NCBI GenBank assembly: GCA_003250355.1
Contig: QKGS01000069.1
Location: 21,411 to 85,410 of the forward strand
Source of the DNA: Bacteroidota bacterium
GTDB lineage: Bacteria > Bacteroidota > Bacteroidia > Bacteroidales > SZUA-534
DNA length: 64,000 nucleotides
Reading direction: 5' to 3'
Numbering within the stretch: position 1 is the first letter of the stretch; every line of letters begins with the position of its first letter. The notes beneath the pieces were generated by a model. The model searched no databases. It saw nothing but the letters and a program-made list of their open reading frames with translations, and was not told the DNA's origin. The position numbers were made by a program, and so were the translations under genes. Shown one piece after another: positions 20,322-30,047 of the stretch.

Positions 20322-20374
20322 GTTGCAGGTTGCAAGTTCCAGGATAATAAATTATTGAACCTGCAACCTGCAAC
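20322..20374 (-). terminator. long hairpin terminator between convergent dgt and aminotransferase genes
   Basis: GTTGCAGGTTGCAAGTTC (20322-20339) pairs with GAACCTGCAACCTGCAAC (20357-20374), 17 of 18 bp. The U5 tract falls on the minus-strand transcript (A5 at 20317-20321). Confidence 0.65.
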
Positions 20375-20387
20375 AATAAACTTGCAA

Positions 20388-21674
20388 CTATGCATTATCT
20401 TTACAAGCACTGTAAATACCTTCAAACAATGCCTTCATATCTTTAGCTGCTACAGCCGAAAAAGCTACACGAATTACATTGTTAAGGTTAATTATGCCTA
20501 TGCTGTATTTCTTAATTAATGTGTCGCGAATAGCTTCACCATCAATACCTGCTACAAGCTGAACGCACATAAAGTATCCTGAGTTATAGGGTATAGGAGT
20601 GAAATACTCTTTATACTTTTCTTCTTTTAGTACCTCTTTTACCGCCTCGTATCGTTCCTGCATTATTTGGAACTTAGTCGCTTTTTCTGAACCATAATTA
20701 GGATCTTCAAAAGCCTGCAAAAGAAGCGATTGTGCCAAATTCGATGAGTTTGAAATATTACCCCTTACAGCACCTGCTGTTTTCGATTCCATAGCATCGT
20801 AAAATTTTGCATCGCCACCTTTTATTCCATAGCTTATAAAACCTACACGGAAACCCCATACGTAGTCTTCTTTTGTAGGACCGTCAACTTTTACAGCAAG
20901 TATATTTTCATGCAAATCGCATATATATGCAAACACCGATTGTGGCTCAATACCCTCTTCGTAAACAAGTCCAAAATATGCATCGTCGGTAATTGCTACT
21001 ATTTTTTTCCCGGCATCGGCTGCATCTTTTAATACTTTTGTTATTGCCTCCATTTCAGTAAATGTAGGAGTATAACCCGACGGGTTATTAGGGAAATTAA
21101 GAATTACAACTTTCTTCTCTCCTTCGGTCATTAACGATGCTTTGAAAGAATCAATATCGAAACTTCCATTTTTAAATAAATTGAAATGTGTGAATTTAGC
21201 ACCATACCCGTTTGTTAAAATGAGATTGTAGTTACCCCAAAATAAGTTTGGAACAATTATTTCCTGTCCCTCATCCATAAAAAGATAACCAACCATGCTA
21301 ATACCATGTGTAAGAGCATTAGTTACTATTGGCAAGCTAATTTCTTTTCCTGCAAGTTTTGAGTTTTTCTCATAAAGCATCTCTTTCCAACGCTTTCTAA
21401 TATCAGGACGACCGAAACTTGGAGCATATGGGAAAGTTAAAGCAGGGTCAAGGTTTATTTTCGATGCAATAGAGCCTAAACGCATTGGTGTACCGTCATC
21501 TTCAACTGCAGCTCCAATGGTTGCATTTATTTTTGTCCCTTTAGCATCGGCTGTTTGTCCTAATATCCCTTTCTTTGGAAAAAAAATACTTTTCCCCCTT
21601 TCAGAAAGAAGATCCATTACAACCGGGCATTTTGCCGAAATAACATCATTTAACTCTTTAGCTTGAGGATTCAT
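20388..21674 (-). CDS. class I/II PLP-dependent aminotransferase
   Basis: 428 aa. Aminotransferase fold motifs include NFPNNPSGYTP and a Lys-containing segment downstream. The specific substrate is not assignable. Confidence 0.75.
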   Translation of the reverse strand: MNPQAKELNDVISAKCPVVMDLLSERGKSIFFPKKGILGQTADAKGTKINATIGAAVEDDGTPMRLGSIASKINLDPALTFPYAPSFGRPDIRKRWKEMLYEKNSKLAGKEISLPIVTNALTHGISMVGYLFMDEGQEIIVPNLFWGNYNLILTNGYGAKFTHFNLFKNGSFDIDSFKASLMTEGEKKVVILNFPNNPSGYTPTFTEMEAITKVLKDAADAGKKIVAITDDAYFGLVYEEGIEPQSVFAYICDLHENILAVKVDGPTKEDYVWGFRVGFISYGIKGGDAKFYDAMESKTAGAVRGNISNSSNLAQSLLLQAFEDPNYGSEKATKFQIMQERYEAVKEVLKEEKYKEYFTPIPYNSGYFMCVQLVAGIDGEAIRDTLIKKYSIGIINLNNVIRVAFSAVAAKDMKALFEGIYSACKDNA

Positions 21675-21919
21675 CTTATTTATTTTTTAAATAATTTCGC
21701 CCTTTTATTTCCTTATAATTAAGAAAATAAAAGCTGCTATTTTAACTGTGCAAAAATAAAGAAAAAAAGTAACGAATAGTAATAGGTGTGAAAAATTGAA
21801 AAAAGATTGTACTCCAATCAAATACAAAAAGTAATACTGCAATGTTTTGTAACATAGATACTAAACAATAAACACCAAACCATTGTTTTATATTTAATTG
21901 AATTTTAAATATTTGTGTT

Positions 21920-22534
21920 ATGAAAAAATTAAATCTTGTTTCAATAATTGCGTTTGCAATTGTAGTGTCATCGTGTGTTAATAAAAATAAAAACACCGAT
22001 AATTCTTCAACAAATAGTATTGATTCTTTACCCGAAACTACAGTTGAATGGTTTGCTGAAAAGGTAATAGGAGGAGGTCATAATGGAATCATAAATATTA
22101 AAGAAGATAAACTGGTTTTCAGCGACGGTATGTTATCGGGAGGTACTCTTATTTTTGATATGTCAACTATTTCAAGTACTGATTTATCAGGTGAACTAAA
22201 GCAAAAACTCGAAGGTCATTTAAAATCAGATGATTTTTTCGGAGTTGATCAGTTTCCGGAATCTGTTCTGTCTATTAAAAATGTGTCGAAAAATGCCGAT
22301 GGTAAATCTGTGAAAATACAATCGGAATTAACAATCAGGAATATTACAAATGCTTTGGAGTTCGATGCAGAGCTAGAAAACATAAGCAATAATGTGATTT
22401 ATAAGGCTGAAATACCGGTAGATAGGTCAAAGTATGATGTAAAATTTGGTTCTACAAGTTTCTTTAAAGACCTTGGAGATAATGCTATAAAAAATGAATT
22501 CTTAGTAAAAGTTGTTTATGTGGAAAGTAAGTAG
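21920..22534 (+). CDS. YceI-like lipoprotein
   Basis: 204 aa with a lipobox (VVSSC). YceI-type motifs are DMSTISSTDLSGELKQKLEGHLKSDDFFGVDQFPES. Confidence 0.7.
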   Translation: MKKLNLVSIIAFAIVVSSCVNKNKNTDNSSTNSIDSLPETTVEWFAEKVIGGGHNGIINIKEDKLVFSDGMLSGGTLIFDMSTISSTDLSGELKQKLEGHLKSDDFFGVDQFPESVLSIKNVSKNADGKSVKIQSELTIRNITNALEFDAELENISNNVIYKAEIPVDRSKYDVKFGSTSFFKDLGDNAIKNEFLVKVVYVESK

Positions 22535-22576
22535 TTTTTGATAAAATATTTACGCCTATAATTTTTGGGTCAAGTA

Positions 22577-23791
22577 CTATTTTTTCAATAGTCTTGGCCC
22601 AAGAAACTTTATCCCAATAGCACCAATCGGTGCAGTAATTATAATACTTAATACAGCTAGAGCTAATATAGTATTGCCGGTTTCAATTGAAATACCACTT
22701 GTTTTTCCCTGAATTATTAATGTAAGAGGTACAGCACCAATTGCTGCTTGTACCGTAGCTTTTGGTATATATGAAATAGCACAAAACAGTTTCTCTCTAT
22801 TATTTAAATCCGATTTCCAAAGTGACAAAAACACTCCAATAGTTCTAATAATTAAACCACATATAATAATTAAAAATGCTTTGCCAATAATGCTCCCCGA
22901 TATTTTATCAATATCTACTTCGCTTCCTATATACACAAAAAGCAATATTTCAGCCAATACCCATACTTTATTGAATTTTTGCGATAGCCTACCGGCAAGT
23001 TTACTGTATTTTTCAAGTATCATATAACCCATTGCCATTACACCTAGTAATCCGGCTATTGGGATTATTTGTTTAATTGAATGTAACTCAGTAAGTTCGT
23101 TAAATACAATAGCTGCAACAATAAAAATAATAGTTTTTTTAGTGTCTCTGATGTGATATTTTTTAAAAAAAACAATTAGCAAATAACCAATTATAAGACC
23201 TAAAACAGCACCTAAAATAATACCTGAAGGAACTGTAATTATAAGTTTGGTATAGCTTATTGAAGCTCCTGTTGCCAATCCGGTAAAAACTCCAAATATT
23301 GTTATGGCAAATACATCGTCGAGCGATGCTCCTGCAAGTACAAGTGTGGGTATTTCTTTATTTTTTCCATAGCCGTTCTCTTTTAATTCAAGCATTGAAG
23401 GAACTACTACTGCCGGCGATACAGCTGCAATAATGAAACCAAGCATTCCGGCTTCAATAAATGAAAAACCAAGTATAAGTATCGAAATAACCACTATCCC
23501 AAAACCCTCAAGTACTCCCGGAATAAAACTCATTTTAATAGCGGGAGAACCTACTTTTTTTAGTGTTTCTTTATTAATACCCAACCCGGCTCGTATTAAA
23601 ATAACAATCAGGGCAACAGTTTTAAATTCACTTAAAAAGCCCGATAATTCCGGGTTAATAGCGTTGAACATTTCTTTCCCAAGAAGTACTCCTGCTATTA
23701 TCATGCCAAGTAAACCGGGTAGCTTTATTAGTGAAAACAAATAATTGAGTAGTAAGGCTAACGATATTATTAAAGCAATATTTAAAATCAT
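22577..23791 (-). CDS. cation:proton antiporter (CPA family)
   Basis: 404 aa, about 12 TM helices, Na+/H+ exchanger-like composition. The antisense ORF 23433..23744 is regarded as spurious. Confidence 0.75.
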   Translation of the reverse strand: MILNIALIISLALLLNYLFSLIKLPGLLGMIIAGVLLGKEMFNAINPELSGFLSEFKTVALIVILIRAGLGINKETLKKVGSPAIKMSFIPGVLEGFGIVVISILILGFSFIEAGMLGFIIAAVSPAVVVPSMLELKENGYGKNKEIPTLVLAGASLDDVFAITIFGVFTGLATGASISYTKLIITVPSGIILGAVLGLIIGYLLIVFFKKYHIRDTKKTIIFIVAAIVFNELTELHSIKQIIPIAGLLGVMAMGYMILEKYSKLAGRLSQKFNKVWVLAEILLFVYIGSEVDIDKISGSIIGKAFLIIICGLIIRTIGVFLSLWKSDLNNREKLFCAISYIPKATVQAAIGAVPLTLIIQGKTSGISIETGNTILALAVLSIIITAPIGAIGIKFLGPRLLKK

Positions 23792-23901
23792 ACTTTTTTC
23801 CTCAAAAGTATAAAAACAATCGAATTGTTATAGTGCAATGAGCATGACAAGTGTTTTTTGCACTTTTCGTGTTTTTAATCTGTGAATACTAAGTTTCTTT
23901 G

Positions 23902-23909
23902 TACTTTTG
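23902..23909 (+). promoter_or_regulatory. Bacteroidota -7 promoter box (TACTTTTG)
   Basis: Matches TAnnTTTG. It lies 3 nt inside the track's TTG-started obg ORF (23899). A GTG at 23938 follows 29 nt downstream. Confidence 0.4.
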
Positions 23910-23937
23910 CAAAGTTTTAAAATATAAGGAGGCAGTA

Positions 23938-24924
23938 GTGGAATCAAATTTTATCGATTACGTAAAATTATTTGTTCGTAGTGGGAACGGAGGAGCAGGG
24001 TCATCGCATATGCGCAGAGAGAAATATGTACCCAAAGGGGGACCCGATGGTGGCGATGGCGGACGCGGCGGGCATATTATACTTCGCGGTAATGAGCAAA
24101 TGTGGACACTGCTTCACTTAAAATACCGTAAGCATATATTTGCAGGACATGGCGCATCGGGGAGCAAATCGTTAAGTACAGGAGCCGACGGCGACGATGT
24201 AATATTGGATGTTCCTCTTGGTACTGTTGTGAAAATGCCCGAAACATTTGAAGATGTATGTGAAATAAGCGAACACGGACAGGAAGTAATCCTTATGAAA
24301 GGGGGACGCGGAGGTTTGGGTAACAATAATTTTAAAACTTCAACTAACCAAGCTCCTCGATATGCACAACCAGGCGAAGATGGCGATGAAGGTTGGCGTA
24401 TACTTGAACTCAAACTGCTTGCCGATGTTGGGCTTGTAGGTTTTCCAAATGCCGGAAAGTCAACCCTGTTGTCGGTTGTGTCGGCTGCAAAACCTAAAAT
24501 TGCCGACTATGCATTTACAACTTTAACACCAAATTTAGGGATAGTATCATATCGCGACGACCGCTCATTTGTTATGGCCGACATTCCCGGAATTATTGAG
24601 GGTGCTCATGAAGGACGCGGGCTTGGACATCGCTTTTTGCGACACATTGAGCGAAATGCAATGCTATTATTCATGATTCCTGCCGATAGCGACGACATTA
24701 ACAAAGAATACAATATCCTTGTTAATGAGCTAAAGCAATATAATCCGGAACTGTTAGATAAACAGCGAATACTAGCAATAACCAAATCTGATATGCTCGA
24801 TGAAGAATTGAAAAAAGAGATAAAACAAGACTTACCTAATATCCCTTATTTGTTTATATCGTCAGTTGCTAATCAGGGTATTAATGAATTAAAAGATTTG
24901 ATTTGGAGCAAGCTGAATCAGTAA
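23938..24924 (+). CDS. obg: GTPase Obg/CgtA
   Basis: [41 protein letters not shown] (Obg fold) followed by the G-domain motif GFPNAGKST. The start is reassigned to GTG 23938 and remains uncertain. Confidence 0.9.
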   Translation: MESNFIDYVKLFVRSGNGGAGSSHMRREKYVPKGGPDGGDGGRGGHIILRGNEQMWTLLHLKYRKHIFAGHGASGSKSLSTGADGDDVILDVPLGTVVKMPETFEDVCEISEHGQEVILMKGGRGGLGNNNFKTSTNQAPRYAQPGEDGDEGWRILELKLLADVGLVGFPNAGKSTLLSVVSAAKPKIADYAFTTLTPNLGIVSYRDDRSFVMADIPGIIEGAHEGRGLGHRFLRHIERNAMLLFMIPADSDDINKEYNILVNELKQYNPELLDKQRILAITKSDMLDEELKKEIKQDLPNIPYLFISSVANQGINELKDLIWSKLNQ

Positions 24925-25015
24925 TATCTGTCACATTGCAGGTTTTATGCCAATACTTTTTGAGTAACTACTTTTTGAAAAGTTATAGGTATTTAAACTC
25001 ATTTATTTGAAATAT

Positions 25016-25606
25016 ATGCCGGAATATTTAGAACATTTAGATAAAACTATACTTCTTTTTATTAATTCGCTTAACTCCCCGTTGTTTGATAATATAATGT
25101 GGTTCATAAGTGGTACTTTTAGCTGGATTCCGCTATATGCTATATTGCTTTATTATGCCATACGAAACAATAAAAAATCGTGGTGGCTTGTAATTATAGC
25201 AGTTGCTTTAGCTGTTACAATAGCCGATCAGGTTTCGGTTCATTTGTTTAAGGAAGTATTTAAACGCTATCGCCCGTCGCATAATATTGAATTAAAGGGA
25301 ATGCTTCATCATGTAAACAATTATAGAGGAGGGCAATATGGCTTTGTCTCTTCGCACGCAGCAAATGCATTTGCAATAGCCGGGTTTTTTGCATTTCTTT
25401 TCAATAGTAGGAATATTACCCTTTTCTTATTGCTATGGGCTGCAATTGTATCATATAGCAGGGTTTATTTGGGTGTTCATTACCCGTCCGATATTTTTTG
25501 TGGAGCTGTACTTGGGTTGAATGTAGCATTTATTTGCTATTTCATTTTCATGAAAATGAGATGGGTAGTATATTCGGGGAGCAATTCTATGCTGCACCCC
25601 GAATAG
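25016..25606 (+). CDS. PAP2-family phosphatase
   Basis: Motifs KRYRPSH, SSHAA and SRVYLGVHYPSD, with multiple TM helices. The ATG at 25016 is preferred to the TTG at 25007. Confidence 0.8.
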   Translation: MPEYLEHLDKTILLFINSLNSPLFDNIMWFISGTFSWIPLYAILLYYAIRNNKKSWWLVIIAVALAVTIADQVSVHLFKEVFKRYRPSHNIELKGMLHHVNNYRGGQYGFVSSHAANAFAIAGFFAFLFNSRNITLFLLLWAAIVSYSRVYLGVHYPSDIFCGAVLGLNVAFICYFIFMKMRWVVYSGSNSMLHPE

Positions 25607-25612
25607 ATATGT

Positions 25613-26044
25613 TTAATCGTTAATAACAATTTTCTCAATAACATCGCCCTGACGTATAGCGTCAATTACTTCTAACCCTTCAACCACTTTGCCAAAGCAA
25701 GTATGATTTCTGTCGAGGTGAGCAGTGTTTTCACGACAGTGGCAAATAAAAAATTGTGAACCACCGGTGTTTCTGCCGGCATGAGCCATTGACAACACTC
25801 CGCGGTCATGATATTGGTTGTCGCCTTTAAGTTCGCAATCAATAGAGTACCCCGGGCCACCTGCACCTGTGCCATTTGGGCAACCTCCCTGAATAACAAA
25901 GTTTGGTATTACACGGTGAAAAGTTAATCCGTCATAAAACCCTTTTTTTGAAAGAGTAACAAAATTTTCAACAGTTTTTGGAGCATCTTTTTCGTAAAAT
26001 TCAACTTTCATTACCCCTTTTTCAGTGTGGATTTCTGCATTCAT
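25613..26044 (-). CDS. cyclophilin-type peptidyl-prolyl cis-trans isomerase
   Basis: 143 aa with FHRVIPNFVIQGG and GGSQFFI. Confidence 0.9.
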   Translation of the reverse strand: MNAEIHTEKGVMKVEFYEKDAPKTVENFVTLSKKGFYDGLTFHRVIPNFVIQGGCPNGTGAGGPGYSIDCELKGDNQYHDRGVLSMAHAGRNTGGSQFFICHCRENTAHLDRNHTCFGKVVEGLEVIDAIRQGDVIEKIVIND

Positions 26045-26187
26045 TTTATTATAATTTTTATTTCAGTTTAGCATTACCTTTTCTTAATTCAGGTAATGCA
26101 ATTTTTAAAATTGTTTTAAGATATTGCTAACCGTTAAATTATCAAAAAATATATTTTGTATATTAGTTGTTTAAAAATGTCCGGTAC

Positions 26188-27393
26188 ATGCAAAACGAGC
26201 CACAAAATAAACAAAAAAATATTGAAGAATTAGAGATGTTGGCCTCCATTCCGGTTGTAGCATCAAATTCTATTATTTTGCTCGACTCGGCCGGAGATAT
26301 TATATGGGCAAATGACGGTTTTGAAAAATTACACGGATACTCATATAATTCGGAGAAAGCGAAAGTTTACAGCCTCGATTTTATAAAGAAAGTAAAAGAG
26401 ACCGACAGTATATTTTTTATAAAAAATACTTCGTTAAGCTTTTCATATTCATTTGTAGGTGAAAACAATAAGCGTAAATGGGTTCAAACAACACTAACTC
26501 CTGTTATTGAAAACTGTGAAGTAAAACAGTTTGTTGCTATTGGAGTTGATATTACACAACAGAAAGAGGTGGAAGATGAACTTATTCAACGTCAGGAGAA
26601 TACGCAAACACTTTCAGAGCATTTAGAATCAATTAAAGACCATATTGAAGTTCAGATAGAAGAGCTTAATAAGCAAAAAAACATACTTGAAGCAGCTAAG
26701 GAAAAGTCGGAAGACGTACTTAACAGGGTTATTCCTTATGAAGTAGCTGTGCAGCTAAAGAAGAAAGGGTACGCCACACCGCGACACTATAAAAAAGTGT
26801 CGGTACTTAACGTAAATATAAGGAACTTCAATCAACTTGCAGAAGCTATTTCAATTGATGATTTAATATCACACTTGCATAACTTTTTTGTGAAATTCGA
26901 CAATATTCTCGAAGAGCATTATGTTGAGAAAATTAAAACCATAGGAGGTTATTATATAGGGGTTGGAGGTGTTCCGTTACGAAACCGCAGTAATCCTATC
27001 GATACGTTATTAGCCGCTTTAAGAATTAGAGAAACAGTATCCGATTTGAATTCTCAGATTAAAAAAACAGGGATACCCCCTTTTGAAGTTGGAATAGGGA
27101 TAAATACAGGTAAAGCAATAGCCGGAGTAGTTGGTAAAACCCGCCTTTCGTACGATGTGTGGGGCGATACGGTAAATGACACAGCTTTAATTGAAAAAAG
27201 TGCCCCGGTTGGTGGAATACTTATTTCAAATGACACATATAATGAAGTATCAGATTATTTTATTTGTAGTTTTGTAGAAATTAATAATGAACAAAAATAT
27301 TGGTTAGTTGAAAGTATTAAACCCCAATATTCAAATAACGAACAAGGAATAGTTGCAGGTCATGAGCTTATGCAAATTCTTTCTAAACTATAA
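26188..27393 (+). CDS. PAS + coiled-coil + class III nucleotidyl-cyclase-homology-domain protein (catalytic residues degenerate)
   Basis: The N-terminus is PAS-like (IILLDSAGDIIWANDGFEKLHGYS), followed by a coiled coil. The C-terminal cyclase-like block contains KTIGGYYIGVGG, IGINTGKAIAGVVG and WGDTVNDTALIEK. The ATG at 26188 is preferred to the TTG at 26167. Confidence 0.7.
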   Translation: MQNEPQNKQKNIEELEMLASIPVVASNSIILLDSAGDIIWANDGFEKLHGYSYNSEKAKVYSLDFIKKVKETDSIFFIKNTSLSFSYSFVGENNKRKWVQTTLTPVIENCEVKQFVAIGVDITQQKEVEDELIQRQENTQTLSEHLESIKDHIEVQIEELNKQKNILEAAKEKSEDVLNRVIPYEVAVQLKKKGYATPRHYKKVSVLNVNIRNFNQLAEAISIDDLISHLHNFFVKFDNILEEHYVEKIKTIGGYYIGVGGVPLRNRSNPIDTLLAALRIRETVSDLNSQIKKTGIPPFEVGIGINTGKAIAGVVGKTRLSYDVWGDTVNDTALIEKSAPVGGILISNDTYNEVSDYFICSFVEINNEQKYWLVESIKPQYSNNEQGIVAGHELMQILSKL

Positions 27394-27395
27394 TT

Positions 27396-27923
27396 ATGCA
27401 TTTTTTACTTTACAATAAAACAACCAGAATAATTATAACCTTTTTATTACTGTTATTATTTTATAATGGATATTCGCAAAAATGCAAATACGAAAAAGAT
27501 GAAGTAGATGGAGTAACAGAGCTTGAAATAAAACGCACTGTTCCGGAAATGATTCTGCGAATTAACAATATGCCGGTTTATATTAAAGCTCAAAGCATAG
27601 GCGATAACAAATATTTAAAAATGATTCACCAAACCTATGGTGAGTTTCATTTACAGGAAGACCGTGAAATATCATTCATATTACAAAATGATCAGGAATT
27701 AACATTGTTTCCGCGAATAATGCCTATGAAAGATACTATAACAGATGCTTATACAAGCATGATAGTATATAAACTATCGTCAATACAGGTTGAAATTCTG
27801 GAAAGTTCACCGGTTAAAGCATTTAAATATTACATAAGTACAGGCTGGGTCGAAGAGGAAATAAAAGGCTCAAGGCAGGTAATAATAATGGATCATCTTC
27901 GATGTGTATCGGAAACTAAGTAG
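27396..27923 (+). CDS. hypothetical secreted/anchored protein
   Basis: 175 aa with an N-terminal hydrophobic segment (RIIITFLLLLLFYNGYSQ). It starts 2 nt after the cyclase-like gene stop. I recognise no family. Confidence 0.5.
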   Translation: MHFLLYNKTTRIIITFLLLLLFYNGYSQKCKYEKDEVDGVTELEIKRTVPEMILRINNMPVYIKAQSIGDNKYLKMIHQTYGEFHLQEDREISFILQNDQELTLFPRIMPMKDTITDAYTSMIVYKLSSIQVEILESSPVKAFKYYISTGWVEEEIKGSRQVIIMDHLRCVSETK

Positions 27924-28078
27924 AGGATTATTGCATTAAGTACTGTTGCTAAACACAATTACAAGAGCAAACAACTATGCACATCTTATAGTTTGTTCTT
28001 TATACCTATGTTGGCTTTACCTCTCCATAACATGACATATGTTGTTAAAAAATATAATTCTATACTAAAATCATTTTA

Positions 28079-28086
28079 TATATTTG
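28079..28086 (+). promoter_or_regulatory. Bacteroidota -7 promoter box (TATATTTG)
   Basis: Matches TAnnTTTG, 71 nt upstream of the fbaA ATG. Confidence 0.4.
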
Positions 28087-28156
28087 CATGAAAATTAAAT
28101 GGGACTCACTTGCAAGTATTAAATATTGTAAGTTAAGAACTTAAACAATTAACATT

Positions 28157-29236
28157 ATGAGCGAAAAAATTTTTGACAAAGTAAAGCCGGGTGTTGTAAC
28201 CGGAAACGATGTTGCGGAAGTTTTCCGTATTGCAAAGGCAAATAAATTTGCAATTCCTGCAGTAAACGTAGTTGGTACTGACTCTATAAATGGAGTTTTA
28301 GAGGCTGCAAAAGTAGTTAACTCTCCTGTAATTATTCAATTCTCAAACGGCGGAGCTGGTTTCGTAGCTGGTAAAGGTTTAAAACTTGAAGGACAGCAAG
28401 CTGCAATTTTAGGAGCTATTTCAGGTGCAAAACACGTTCACACTTTAGCTGAAGCTTACGGTATACCTGTAATTCTTCATACTGACCATGCTGCCAAAAA
28501 ATTACTTCCTTGGATCGACGGTTTATTAGATGCTTCGGAGAAAAACTTTGCTGAAACAGGTAAGCCTTTATTTAGCTCTCATATGCTCGATTTATCAGAA
28601 GAGCCATTAAAAGAAAATATTGCTACTTGTGCTAAATATTTAGCGCGTATGTCAAAAATTGGAATCACTCTTGAAATAGAGCTTGGTATTACAGGTGGTG
28701 AGGAAGATGGTGTTGACAATAGCGATGTTGACAGCTCAAAACTTTATACTCAACCTGAAGAGGTATGCTATGCTTACGAAGAGTTGATGAAAGTAAGCCC
28801 TAATTTTACTATTGCAGCTTCATTTGGCAACGTACATGGTGTATACAAGCCAGGTAACGTAGTGCTTACTCCAAAAATTCTTGACAACTCTCAAAAATAT
28901 ATTCAAGAGAAGTTAGGTACTGTAGATAAGCCGGTTAATTTCGTATTCCACGGTGGTTCAGGTTCTACTCAGGAAGAAATACGTGAGTCACTTGGTTATG
29001 GTGTTATAAAAATGAATATCGACACTGATACTCAGTGGGCTACCTGGAATGGCATTCGTGAGTTTTATATTAAAAACGAAGGATACTTACAAGGACAAAT
29101 TGGAAACCCTGAGGGTGACGACAAACCTAACAAAAAATACTACGACCCGCGTGTTTGGTTGCGTAAAGGGCAGGAGTCATTAGTTGAGCGTTTGAAAGTT
29201 GCGTATACTGACCTTAATTGTATAGGCAGAAACTAA
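28157..29236 (+). CDS. fbaA: class II fructose-bisphosphate aldolase
   Basis: 359 aa with strong resemblance to E. coli FbaA (KPGVVTGNDV...PAVNVVGTDSINGVLEAA...IIQFSNGGA...HTDH). Confidence 0.92.
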   Translation: MSEKIFDKVKPGVVTGNDVAEVFRIAKANKFAIPAVNVVGTDSINGVLEAAKVVNSPVIIQFSNGGAGFVAGKGLKLEGQQAAILGAISGAKHVHTLAEAYGIPVILHTDHAAKKLLPWIDGLLDASEKNFAETGKPLFSSHMLDLSEEPLKENIATCAKYLARMSKIGITLEIELGITGGEEDGVDNSDVDSSKLYTQPEEVCYAYEELMKVSPNFTIAASFGNVHGVYKPGNVVLTPKILDNSQKYIQEKLGTVDKPVNFVFHGGSGSTQEEIRESLGYGVIKMNIDTDTQWATWNGIREFYIKNEGYLQGQIGNPEGDDKPNKKYYDPRVWLRKGQESLVERLKVAYTDLNCIGRN

Positions 29237-29262
29237 GAATAATATTTATTCAATATATAAAA

Positions 29263-29289
29263 AGCGATTCCCGATGGAATCGCTTTTTT
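29263..29289. terminator. bidirectional rho-independent terminator
   Basis: AGCGATTCC (29263-29271), loop CGAT, GGAATCGCT (29276-29284), flanked by A5 and T6. It lies between convergent fbaA and the nuclease-family gene. Confidence 0.75.
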
Positions 29290-29299
29290 AATATATAAC

Positions 29300-29893
29300 T
29301 TAGTTGCCTTTAAGCCTGTTTATCTCATCACGTAATCGAGAGGCTTCTTCGTAATCTTCATTTTCAATAGCTTCTTGGAGCAACTCTTTTAAATCTTCAA
29401 TATTAAGCGATTCTGTAATATTTTCATCTTCTTCAGAGTATTCTTCGTCTTCGTTACTTTCTGAGCGTACTCTCTCTTCAACGGGTAGTATAATTCCGGC
29501 CTTCTGCATTATCTCTTCGGTAGTAAATATAGGGGTGCCGAATCGTATGGCTAATGCCACGGCATCGGAGGTACGGGCATCAATTTTTATGCGCGACCCT
29601 ACATTTTCACACACCAGTTCTGAATAAAATATTCCCTCTTCAAGCCGGTGAATGTTTACCTCAACCAAATCGATATTAAATGCTTGAGCAAAACTTAAAA
29701 ACAAATCGTGAGTAAGCGGCCTGGGAGGTTTTAACGATTCAAGTTCTATGGCAATGGCCTGAGCCTCAAAAGCACCTATAATTATTGGAATTCTCCTTTC
29801 ACCATTTTCTTCTGACAATACCAAAGCATATGCTCCCGACTGTGTCTGACTGTATGATAATCCTAATACCTTTAATTTTACTTTTGTGCTCAT
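29300..29893 (-). CDS. bifunctional nuclease (DUF151)-family protein with C-terminal UVR motif
   Basis: 197 aa with RIPIIIGAFEAQAIA...PRPLTHDL and a C-terminal EDYEEASRLRDEINRLK. Confidence 0.7.
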   Translation of the reverse strand: MSTKVKLKVLGLSYSQTQSGAYALVLSEENGERRIPIIIGAFEAQAIAIELESLKPPRPLTHDLFLSFAQAFNIDLVEVNIHRLEEGIFYSELVCENVGSRIKIDARTSDAVALAIRFGTPIFTTEEIMQKAGIILPVEERVRSESNEDEEYSEEDENITESLNIEDLKELLQEAIENEDYEEASRLRDEINRLKGN

Positions 29894-30047
29894 GTATTAT
29901 AGTGAATATGCTTTTAACAAACCTACATGATTTTTACATAACTCACAACAAATTTTTTCGTTAATTAGTATATGTTGTATAAAAGTCATGGCTCAATTAG
30001 TTGAGGTCGCCAAAGCAAATAAATCTAATATTAATTATTGAGTGTTT

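Noticed and set aside
21742-21996. 84-aa minus-strand ORF overlapping the YceI-like gene start.
   Set aside because: It lies mostly in the AT-rich divergent promoter spacer and overlaps a well-supported lipoprotein gene, so it is likely spurious.
23832-23867. Plus-strand hairpin AGTGCAA-N19-TTGCACT + T-run between the antiporter start and the obg promoter box.
   Set aside because: The stem is only 7 bp with a 19-nt loop, and it lies only 40 nt from the divergent gene start. That is too little sequence for an independent transcript, so it is probably chance or part of promoter architecture.
26188-27923. Cyclase + downstream gene as a Pycsar/CBASS-like cyclic-nucleotide defence pair.
   Set aside because: The cyclase-homology domain appears catalytically dead. 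It carries a PAS sensor, and the partner has no cyclic-nucleotide-binding, TIR, patatin or pore-forming features that I can see.
29300-29893. Bifunctional nuclease/UVR protein as a defence nuclease.
   Set aside because: This DUF151 + UVR architecture is widespread as a single conserved gene in Bacteroidota. There is no partner gene and no island context.
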